From assembly GCA_963693365.1 (NCBI GenBank), contig CAVNZM010000002.1, positions 13,921,615-13,985,614 on the forward strand: 64,000 nucleotides of DNA, written 5' to 3'. The notes beneath the pieces were generated by a model. The model saw only the letters and a program-made list of their open reading frames with translations, was not told where the DNA came from and ran no database searches. This stretch comes from Amoebidium appalachense (taxonomy: Eukaryota; Protista; Ichthyosporea). A program made the translations under genes and the position numbers. Shown here in pieces: positions 52,884 through 64,000 of this stretch. Each line of letters opens with the position of its first letter. Position 1 is the first letter of the stretch.

Positions 52884-53046
52884 CCCCCTCTCCCCCCGCC
52901 CACCCACCCACCCACCAATCCTGTCCTCCCCCCCCCCCCCCCCCCCCCCTCCCCCCCCCCTCCCCCTTCTACCCTACCCTCACGAAACCCCCCTCCCCTC
53001 CCTCCCCCCGTCCCCCCCGCCCCTCCCTTACCCACCAACCCCCCCA

Positions 53047-53085
<39 letters not shown>

Positions 53086-53428
53086 GCAACTGGATGAGCT
53101 ATGGGCCACTGAGGACGACAAGCAGCTACTTCGGGACATCAACACGAACACGGGCATGTCCGATGACCAGGTGGACCACATTGGCCGGCCCGAACCGATA
53201 CTGGCTTCACGGGTCGGGTTGAGCCGGCCCATGTTCAGGGTCGTGGAGGACGACGAGATGGAGGAGGTACGATATGTGTGTGTAGTTGTGATTCAGGTTT
53301 TTTTTTTTTTTTTTTTTCCATTTAATTTTTTTTGTCGCCATCTTGTGCTCTTATTTCGTTTTCTCTCATTTATTTTTGTCATTTTGGGTAACTTGGTGTT
53401 TTTTGTTTTTTGTTTTTTTTTTTTTTTT

Positions 53429-53459
<31 letters not shown>

Positions 53460-53467
53460 GGGGGGAG

Positions 53468-53510
<43 letters not shown>

Positions 53511-53655
53511 AATGTAGAGAGACGTGTGGTGGCTGATTCATTTTCGTCCATTGGTCTCGGCAGTGTGCACTTAGGAGTGGGTGGGGGGTCAGTGGATGAT
53601 GACGTAGCTGGATGGGAAGTGTGTTGATGTGTGTGTGTGTGTGTGTGTGTGCGTG

Positions 53656-53703
<48 letters not shown>

Positions 53704-53786
53704 TTCCAATGCAGAGCCAGTGAAAAGCACCCACTCCCTCGCTTTGTTTTTTTCTGACCTTTATTTAACATTTCCTCCCCCTTCCG

Positions 53787-53841
<55 letters not shown>

Positions 53842-53847
53842 CTGCCC

Positions 53848-53881
<34 letters not shown>

Positions 53882-54228
53882 AGTTCTACAAGCGTGTGGA
53901 GGAGGAGGCAGGGAGCAATGCGCCCAAGTATGTGCCGGACAGGGTGGATACGTCTGTGGCCAAGGTGCTCAAACAGGCCCCCAGCCAGAAGAACGCTAAG
54001 GTGGACTCGGAGTTTATGTTCAACGTGCTGGGCGCTGCAAACCAGGAGGAGGTAGGGATCATGTGTATGGGGATATACGTGCATGCACACACACACACGG
54101 GCGCGCACGCACGTGTGGAAAAATGTGTGGGGGGCGCTGTGCTCACGAGGGTGGACGTACACATAAACACAGACACTTACATATATACACATATGCATGC
54201 ATGCACATGCATATATGCACATATGTAC

Positions 54229-54266
<38 letters not shown>

Positions 54267-55124
54267 CCTTTTTCATGGAAGGGCACCACACACGCACACA
54301 ACCTGCTGATATAGTGTGCACCACACATGCACACATGCGCAAACACTTGTTACACAGGCATTCATCGTGGTGTGTAGGTGCACACATGCACCCGGAAATC
54401 ATTTCAGGCAGGACCATTTATTTATGTGTACAATACTCTCAGCCCATTACATAAATACCCCATGGTTGATCGTCTCCTTTAATTTTTTTTTATTTTTTAT
54501 TTTTTTTTTTGTTCCCCCACCAATGTTCCCCTTTTGGTGGGTGGGTGTTATGAGTGTGCATGCCGACACTTGAAATTTTCAGGTTGAGGCCTTATGATCG
54601 TATTTAGGAACCCCTTTATTTACTCATCCTTTTGCTCACATGCGCACAGTTTTGCCAACCGTTTCCATGCTACTAGCAGACACAAAATGCCAAGTCGTGT
54701 TTACGCCAACACATAATCTTCTAAACAGTTTATTCCCAATAACCCACACATATTTTTCAAGCCTTTTTTTGTGTTTGGCATATAAAATATTCAATAATGT
54801 TTCATGCCTCTAAATATTGAGAACATACTCAAACTTTCATCGATTGAAGAAATCAAGTCAAACAAGATTTTTCATGCTCACATGCCCCCCCCCCCCCCCC
54901 TTCCCCTGCGAGGAATTCTTCCCCTGCGGCCTCTCCCCCCCCCCCCCCCCCCCCCCCCCCCCACCCCTCTTCCCTCAGGAATTCTAACCCCCCCCCCCCC
55001 CCCTCTGCAGAAGGTTATAGTGAGGCAACGCGATGGTGCCCTCCGCACGGCATCTGGGGAGGAACGCCTGAAGGTGGAAAAGCTGACCAGCAACAAGACA
55101 ATTAAACCCCTCACCAGGTTCTAA
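49121..55124 (+). CDS. Mitochondrial small-subunit ribosomal protein mS45/Bot1-like, 6 exons: 49121-49168, 50217-50474, 51624-51791, 53087-53266, 53884-54051, 55011-55124 (~311 aa)
   Basis: Arg/Ala/Ser-rich presequence MFVARTCQAAVRSASM; VSDRTKTSLIEMHHMDPSKWTPDRLASHYMLSLDRVQAIIRM (Bot1p-type helix motif); C-terminal VIVRQRDGALRTASGEER. All five introns GT-AG, phase 0. Confidence 0.8.
49257..49428. repeat. 86-bp tandem duplication in intron 1 of the mS45-like gene
   Basis: ATGGACAATATGACACATTT...CACAGGCGCGC at 49257 and 49343. Confidence 0.9.
52497..52565 (-). pseudogene. Possible orphan PEX2-like N-terminal fragment, antisense in mS45-like intron 3
   Basis: NPVTRLDVTLLDQRLAGLLHEQ fits the Pex2 pattern V..LD..LLD..L..LL.EQ. 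The segment is short, so chance similarity is possible. Confidence 0.35.
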
Positions 55125-55872
55125 AACCCCCCCTGAATTTGTCCCTGGCCAGGGGAGGAAGGGGGGGGGAGAGGGGGAATGGGGGGGGGGATGGGGAGTA
55201 TTGTTGAGGTATTGTTGTGCCTGTGTGATTTAAGTGTTTGGGTGTTGGCGAGTTAGGGTTGGCGCCAGTTTAGATTTGTGTATCACATGTGGATAATTTG
55301 TAAGGTGTAGGTAGCTGCCGCATGTGTAGCAACGATTTTGTAGGGCCCCGAAAATTCTGAAACCCATCTCTTGCTTGACATCCTTTTTGGCAGTTCTTTT
55401 TCTTTTCCCTCCTCTTTCTTGTTCACTTTCTCCCACTTCTCGTTTTTGGTTTCTCGTGCTGCTCAGCTGAGCCTGTCTTTGGCTGTCGGGAAGGGTAGGG
55501 GCTGTATGCGCAAAAACCCCAAACTTACATTGTATCTGTGCGTATAGAACTCTAACCACACACCTTAAAATGCATAGACAAACGGCAGAATTAATTTGTT
55601 GTTTTGTTAAAGAAGGGTAGGTGTGTTGTGGTGCCAACGTTGATCGGGTTGGTGCCTAATGATGAACTGAAATAAAATGAAAAAAGAAGAGCCAATGTTG
55701 GTTTTTTCATCTCTACCGTTAGTTGTGTCGTGTAAGCTTTGGCAGAGATGGGGAAGGAATGGACGGGGGTGGATTATGAAAGCTGTGCACCCAATGCCTG
55801 TGAGTGTCTGTGTGTCAGTGATTGTGTTGTGTTTGCATGTTTGCATGGGTATGTCCTTGGGGGAAGTGTGCG

Positions 55873-55906
<34 letters not shown>

Positions 55907-56420
55907 ACGTGCGCGCGCGTACGTACGTGCATGTGACTGCGTGCATGCGTGCGTGCGTGCGTGCGGCGTTATTTTATGCTATTGTTTTGCCCCATTGGAC
56001 TAGATCTACATAACCGGATCACAAAGTGCCTGGAATCAATTTGAGTGATCACAATTACCGTATCGAGTTAACGTTATTTCTAATAAGCCGGGTCGGGTCG
56101 TATATTCTTTGACCACTGGCTAGTGGGTATGTGAATTGAAAGAATCCGATTTGACCAAGGGAGGAGAAGTGACAAGAAGCAGAACCATGGTGAAGAAAAT
56201 TATAAATGAAAGCCCCCCCCCCCCCCCCCCCCCCCTTCCTCCCCGCCTCCCTTAAACCCACATACCTACCATCCCACCTCTCCCCCCCCTCAATTACCTG
56301 TACCATTTTTTTATGTGTCCTACTATACACCGTGTTTCTTAATGGTCGTTAAAAAAAAAATTAGTTGCACAACGTGCCATGTTCCCAATTCTATACCCCC
56401 CCCCCCCCCCCCTACCCTCC

Positions 56421-56485
<65 letters not shown>

Positions 56486-56724
56486 GAAGGCCCCCTCCCC
56501 TTCCCCCCGCCCTCCCTTTTTCCCTCTTTGCTCCTTCCCTCTTGTTTGGATCTATGAGTGTGCGATTGTATGGGTTGGTGGTTTCGTGACGGTGGGGTAG
56601 GATGGTATCACAAGGTTCAAAGGCTTTCGTACAAGCACAGCCTATATATTCACGGTGTGCACATGTACGTACATGTTATTCATCCAGGAATATATTCTCA
56701 GATTGGTTAAAGCGTCCCGATGGA

Positions 56725-56759
56725 CTAGTTGGTGCTTGCTACGGCCGCGGGCCGAGCAA
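56725..56759 (-). mobile_element. Helitron-type 3' terminus
   Basis: GC-rich hairpin TTGCT(A)CGGCC-gcg-GGCCGAGCAA followed after 7 nt by CTAG|T on the minus strand. Confidence 0.5.
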
Positions 56760-57508
56760 TAATTACTAACGACCGTGAGAGAAGATGTTCATGGAGAATG
56801 TGCTTTATCCGTCTTTTGCCTTTTTCCCCTTTCTTTCTTGCTTTCCATTTTTGGATGGGTGGGCCGCGGAGGATGAGAAGAGGGTGAAGGGGGGGAAGGG
56901 GGAGGGAGGGGGGGGGGAGGGGGGCAATTGGATGAAAACAAATGTAGAAATGATTCTTCACTGCTTTCACCTAAACTAATTAGACGAATCTTACGTTAGT
57001 TCTTTTGCGCATGCATATACCATTAAACCCACCTACGAACCCTCCCTTCAAGGCAATTCAAAATTCCACCGTTGAACAGCCCGTAGCCCACGCACACCAT
57101 GCACAAAACCAGCACTGTCATAATTAGCGCACATAAGTATACCCATTAACGCACACACGCACATAAGCCCGCAGGGGTGCGCACACCCACACACACCCAG
57201 ACGCATATACGCATACACACACACTCACTGACACACACACACACTTACACAACACTCAAACACACATGTACACACACACACACACACACAGCTGCCCGCA
57301 TACCCCCGTAGTCAAGTCAGTGCATGGGGAACTCATGGGATGTCAGTGCACAGTAGTAGTAGGAGACGGAGTTGGATGGTTGAAGGTACAACCACCCCTG
57401 TCCTCCCCCCCCCCCCCCCCCCCCCCTCCCCCCCCCCTCCCCTCCCCCCTCCCCCCCCCCCCCTCCCCCCCTCCCCCCCCCCCCTCCCCCCCCCCCCCCC
57501 TCCCCCCC

Positions 57509-57543
<35 letters not shown>

Positions 57544-57692
57544 CCCCGCCCCCCGGCCCCTCCCCTCCCCAGCTTCCCCTGCGTTCGCATTATGCGGCAA
57601 TCATCTTTTTAAACACACTCTCACGCGCGGATACGTATATGCGCACACGCACGCATGCACGCACGCGCATTCTCCACACGCACGAACACAGT

Positions 57693-57730
<38 letters not shown>

Positions 57731-58124
57731 CACACACACACGTACACATACACACATGCTCCTTGCCTGTGAGTCTTTTGTCAGCTCACGCCAACATTTA
57801 TCATAGTATCGGATGTGCATGTTAGCCCCCCTCCCCCCCCCCCCCCCCCCCTCCCCCCCCCTCCCCCCCTCCCCCCCCCCCCTCCCCCCCCCTCCCCCCC
57901 CCTCCCCCCGCCCCCGCCCCCCTCCCCCCCCTCCCCCCGCCTCCCCCTCCCCTCCCCTCTCCCCTCAATTTAAGCTGCAACGGCAAAAAAAAAAGCATAT
58001 TGTACCTATCATGCACACACATGCACTAGCCCGCGCACTTGCGCATCAAACCATAGTATACTCGATGATTCAGGAATAAGGACTGCTTTCAATTGCCTAA
58101 TTTGAGTTGCCACTCTGAATGTCC

Positions 58125-58160
<36 letters not shown>

Positions 58161-58274
58161 TCCCCAACCCAAACACACACACACACACACACACACCAGC
58201 ACTCAGTGATTGTGATATATCACCAAATTTCCATTTGGTGTTGTCATAGGGTGGTGCCTCGCACATATTGTTAC

Positions 58275-58979
58275 CATGGTGGTGATGGTGGTATCACCGT
58301 GGTATCACAAAAGCGCCGGGATATTTTTGGGTCCCACTAAATCCCGCAGCGATATCACTTTGATATACTGTGATGTACCTTGATACCACCGTGTGACCAC
58401 AGCAATATCACATGTAATACAGTGATATCACATATACAATTTGGGATACCGTGATACCACCGTATTACCACGGTAATATCAGAGCAATACCACAGCGATA
58501 TCACATATACAATTTGCCAAACCGTGATACCACCGGAATATCACAGCGATACCACAGTGATACCACTAGTGATATCACGAACACATTTTGGGATACCGTG
58601 ACACCACCCAGTATTACCACGGTAATATCACAGTGATACCACAGTAATACCACAGCGATATCACGGTAATGTCACATATACAATTTGACTTACCGTGATA
58701 CCACCGTATTGCCACAGTAATATCACAGTGATACTCACAGTGACACCACTGTGATATCACGTGTAAATTTTAGGATACCGTGACACCACCGTATTACCAC
58801 AGCAACTTCACAGTGATACCACAGGGAAAACACAGTGATATCACCATAACAAAATGACAGTATCACAGCGATAGATATCACTCGGATATGACGGGGTTTT
58901 CAGTTTGTCGAAAGGGGAATTTTGGTGTTGCCGGCGACAGTCGATATATCACGGTGGTATCACCATTTTTTCCACCATG
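58275..58979. mobile_element. MITE-like element filled with GTGATACCAC/TATCACAGTG subrepeats
   Basis: Ends CATGGTGG / CCACCATG with imperfect ~30-bp inverted extension; many internal copies of a 10-11-bp motif; no TSD seen. Confidence 0.65.
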
Positions 58980-59379
58980 CCGCGCCGGCAAAATAATCAC
59001 GGTGTTAGCCCGTAGGGTGATTTTGCAGGTGCAAAAGAGTTTGAATTGTTCCTCTCTAAGTTTGTCCACTGTTTTTGTGCTTTATGTCGAAAAAATACAC
59101 CACAACAAAGTCGCCCGGAGAGGGGAAGGGTGGGGGGAGGGGGGGGGGGGGGGGGGGGGGGGGGAGGGAGGGGGGGGGGGGAGGGAGGAAAAAGAAAAAC
59201 AGGAAAGGGAACGGGGGACATTAGGGGGAGGGGGGCAGGATTCGACTAACTTTATGAGGGTGGTTGTCTAACTAATAGAAACCATGTAACATTGATGGAG
59301 GTGGTGGGATGACTCAGAGGTGGGATCCCATGCAAGGAAGCTTCCCGGGCCTAGCTAGCTAGTGATGGGGGGAAGGAAT

Positions 59380-59410
<31 letters not shown>

Positions 59411-60096
59411 TGCGTGATAAAAATTGAAAAAGTGTGAATGGAAGTAAAGGTGGATATGTTTCTGATTGCGAATGCTGAAGGGCTGCCAAACGTGAAAAGT
59501 TATGAGAGAAATTTGTTTACCATTTTAAAAACACTACCCTCTCCCCCCCCCCCCCCCCCCCCCCCCTCTCCCCCCTCCCCGGATCCCCTCCCCCCCCCCC
59601 CCCCCCCTCCCCCCTCCATTCCCGGTCCACGCACACCGTACGCAGAAATAAATGCACACGCTCTTAGAAGGCATGCCTTGTATTTACTAGCAAGTAGTAC
59701 CCAGTTCTATGTAAGGAAGGGAGGACTAGGGAGGGATAGGAAAGGAAGGGGGAGAGGGGGGGAGAGAGAGAGAGAGACAGAGAGAGATAATCATTGAGGT
59801 TGAGAGGAGGGGGAGGGGGCGGCGAAGAGGAGGAGAGGGGGGGGGGGGGGGGGGGGGGGGAGGAGAGAGAGAAAAAAATGGAAAGGGTGTGTGTGTGGGT
59901 GGGGTGGGGGTGGGGGGAGAGGCTCTGCACAAACACACACACATATGCGCGTGCGCCAGTCACACACTCACTGTCACTTACTTCACACGCCCACTCCCAC
60001 ACTCAACTAACTTAAACTCTTGAGTATGCCTGCTTATCTTTGTGCTTCAAAATAAACTCTCTGCTCCAGTACTGCCTTACTATGGGCCTGGTTCCT

Positions 60097-60144
<48 letters not shown>

Positions 60145-60494
60145 ACACACGAACACCATCCCCACCACCACGACCACTATTTCCATCCACACACCTGCTG
60201 ATACCCCCCCCCCCCCCCCCCACCAACTCCCAACCTCCAACCCCACCCTGTCGTTGTTCTTTGCCTCATCGTCTACACACCCACCTCATACCCCCCTCCC
60301 TCCCTCCCCCCCCCCCCCCCCCGGTGTTTAGTGCCTGCACTGTGCTTTCTCTTCTATTCTAACATTAATGCCCTTGTGACTGCATTTATCTCTGTGCTAT
60401 GTGTGCATATATCTCTCTTCTATTTCCTTACATCAGCCTCTGTGTCTACGTACTGCACCGTCCTCTCATATGCCTTCGTGTTGCTCTGGGCAGA

Positions 60495-60526
<32 letters not shown>

Positions 60527-60942
60527 TCTGGTCGCTCCCCGCCTCCCCGCCCCTTCTCCTCCCAGGGGAGAATTTAATGGTGTGCCTGCACCTAGATATC
60601 AACGCTTATGACGTGCGAGTTCTCCCCCCCCCCCCCCCCCCCCCCCCCACCTCCACTCCCCCAGGGGCACTATCCCCCTCCCTCCCCCATTCCCCTTATT
60701 ATTGCCACTCACCTACCCACAAGCCATCCCACCTTCCTAACACACTCTCCTCGAAATATGCCTGCAACTTAGAAGTGCATGGTGTTTGGACTTTTCCCTT
60801 GCTATGTTACATGTAAATCTGTGTTGAGTTAAATTTGTTTTGTATACACCATTTCTCTGCTCTAGGCTCTAGGTTTTCTTGATGCAGTGCCCTCCTCCCC
60901 CCCCCCCCCCCCCCCTCCTCCCCTCCCCCGGGCCCCCCTACA

Positions 60943-61117
<175 letters not shown>

Positions 61118-61224
61118 ACACACACACACACACACACAACTTGCTGGTTGCCTGCACGTAAGACACGTTCTTGGTGTGCACTGATTTGCCCGCTAGCATG
61201 GCTTAGTGTTTGCATTTATTTTTC

Positions 61225-61485
61225 TGTCTAGGCAAGTGTTTGGCTCCGTGCTCATGTGGTTCTGTGTTTGTGTTGCTCTTTGCTTGTGTGGCTGTGTGTT
61301 TCTGTTGCTCTGTGCTTGTGTGGCTGTGTGTTTTTGTTGCTCCGTGTGCATGTGGTTCTGTGTTTGTGTTGTCATGTGCTTGTGTGGTTCTGTGTTTGTG
61401 TGGCTCCGTGTTCATGTGGTTCTGTGTTTGTGTTGCTCTGTGCTTGTGTGGCTGTGTGTTTTTGTACCTCTGTGCTTGTGTGGCT
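61225..61485. repeat. ~32-bp GT-rich minisatellite
   Basis: Recurrent CATGTGGTTCTGTGTTTGTGTTG and GCTTGTGTGGCTGTGTGTTT units. Confidence 0.85.
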
Positions 61486-62595
61486 TTCCTCATCCGCCCT
61501 CTCAAGCGTTCTTTTTTTGCCTCTCATCGCACATTGGTCTGAGCCTGCGTGGGGCCTTATGTTTAGAGGGCCCCGGATCCTTTCTCCCCCTTTCCCCCCC
61601 TACCGACTTGCCAGTCAGCTCTTGTGCAGCATCAGGCAGAATGTTCATCTCTACCTTCCCTCCCTCCCCCTCCCCCCCCCCTCCCCCCACCCACCATGTT
61701 ATCCAAAAACAACAACAAAAAGATGTGTGATATGCGGCCTTTTTTACCAATCCGTTTGTGCACCCTATTCACTGCTCTGCCACCATGTATCTCTTGGCTG
61801 TGCTCTTTGCTGCTCGAATATTTGTGTCTCCCCCCCCCCCCCCCCCCCCCCCCAACTGTGCGCCCTGCTTTATGTCGCATACTTGAATGTTTGTTTTCGC
61901 AAACCAGTATGTGTCTCGTGATGTAGTTGTACTTCATTATGTTTACCGCATTCTAATCCCCCCCCCCCCCCCCCCCCTCCCCACTGCCCGAGGTCCCCGT
62001 TAACCCATACACCCACCTTTCCATATTGCAGAGTCTTTCTTCTGTTGTCTGCTACCTCCTTGGTTCTTGTCTTAGACTGAATATCGGGTTAGGCACTCAC
62101 CCCTCATCCCTCTGCCGTTGTTGCAACTCATGTTTATTCGGTTTCTTCGTTGCCGTGTGCCCAATTTTCTTGGTTCCCCCCCATATATCCCCCCCCTCCC
62201 CCCCTCCCTCCCTCCATCCCTCCCTCCCTCGGAGCCTCCCTTCCTCCCTCCCTCCATCCCTCCCTCCCTTCCTCCCTCCCTCCATCCCTCCTTCCCTTCC
62301 TCCCCCCTCAATCCCTCCCCCCCTTCCTCCCTCTCTCCATCCCTCCCTCCCTTCCTTCCTCCCTCGAATCCCTCCCTCAGGGCCCCCCATATATACCCGA
62401 ATTCGAAACGGCGAAATGGCAGCACGGGCTGTTACACCTCGGTCGTACATACACGATGGAGTGTGAGGATTTTGTACATACATCAGTGACATTTTTTCTC
62501 TGCCTCGCACCCTCCCTCGCACCCTTCCACCCCCTCCCTCCCTCTCTCTTCCGCCCTCACCCTCCCTCCCTCGCTCGGCCAACCTCCGCCTCTGT

Positions 62596-62655
<60 letters not shown>

Positions 62656-62775
62656 CTATCATTCGGTCTATCTATCTCTCTTTCGCTGTCTCTCTCCGAA
62701 ACCCCCCCCCTTCCCCTCGGGCCTTCCCCCCTCCATCCCCCCTCCTCTCTCTCTCTCTCTCTCCCCCCCCCCCCC

Positions 62776-62842
<67 letters not shown>

Positions 62843-62953
62843 CCTCCCTCCCTCCCTCTCTCGCTCTCTCTCCCTCCCTCCCTCCCTCCATCCCTCTCTC
62901 GCTCTCTCTCTCTCCCTCTCCCTCCCTCCCTCCCTCCCTCTCTCCCTCTCTCC

Positions 62954-63197
<244 letters not shown>

Positions 63198-63386
63198 AAC
63201 CTCTGTATGCGCGCGTGCGTGTGCGCACGCTGGTGCACGTGCGTGTGCGTGTGCACATGTGTGCCTGTGCGTGCCGTGTGCTTGTGTGTGTGTTGTGATC
63301 TTTCCATCTCTCAACCTTCCAAATAATTCAACGGTTATTGAGGCGGGTACCAGCCACAGGATGGCTACCAATGCTGCACGTACCTA

Positions 63387-63414
63387 GCCTGTACCACAGG
63401 CATGGCACAACTAG
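63387..63414 (+). mobile_element. Helitron-type 3' terminus
   Basis: Hairpin GCCTGT-acc-ACAGGC, 9 nt, then CTAG|T. Confidence 0.45.
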
Positions 63415-63739
63415 TGTGCGGTTTCTTTTTCTTTTCTACCCTTTCTTTTTTCTACCCTTTTTGAGTGTGTGTGTTTGTGTGTGTGCGCGTGCGCGCGCAT
63501 GTGTTTAAGTATGTGTGTGTATGTGTGTGTGTGTGTGGGTGTGTGTGTGCACATGAGTGTGCTTGCATTATCTGACAGCGAAGTATGGAGATTTACCACC
63601 CAGAATCAAGTTATGACTTATTTTTAAGGCAAACCCGTATAACATGATCCCGAATTTGTTTTACTGTAAAGTACATGAGTAGGTGCTCCCGTGCACACAC
63701 AAGAACATGCGCGCACGCGCGTCCGCGCACGCGCGCGCG

Positions 63740-63839
<100 letters not shown>

Positions 63840-64000
63840 GTGCACACCCACACACACACACTGTGACACACACCGTCCACATTTGAATGACTCTGAGGCA
63901 ATCGTTAGCTTTATCACCATTGAAAGTTTATTTTTACTCGGCTGTTTTGTCGGACATGTGGAATTAAGAACAGTGCAACCACAGTACACAGTGGATAGTT

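Noticed and set aside
58550-58840. Six CACAGTG (RSS heptamer) copies
   Set aside because: Part of the palindromic TATCACAGTGATA subrepeat of a MITE; no correctly spaced nonamers noticed.

Overview
Eukaryotic, intron-rich genomic DNA saturated with (CA/GT)n, (GA/CT)n and poly-G/C tracts; most ORF-track entries are microsatellite artefacts. Manual splicing recovers five complete genes: an inositol polyphosphate kinase (+, 12675-18339), a secreted ETX/MTX2 (aerolysin-type) beta-pore-forming toxin-like gene (-, 22213-23985), TMA16 (-, 35799-41340), cystathionine gamma-lyase (-, ~42547-47954) and a divergently transcribed mitoribosomal mS45/Bot1-like gene (+, 49121-55124). Gene content suggests a non-animal opisthokont such as an ichthyosporean (inference only). 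Intergenic and intronic DNA holds a 14-copy ~184-bp satellite with a higher-order block and a hypervariable patch, several relics of a non-LTR retroelement family ending in ...GTAAACCC rather than poly-A, a MITE with Transib/RSS-like ends, a long-TIR foldback element, Helitron-type 3' ends, a 69-bp near-perfect intronic hairpin, and orphan fragments of unrelated genes (SBPase, MFSD5-like transporter, possibly PEX2). All family assignments come from motif recognition by eye; no database search was run.
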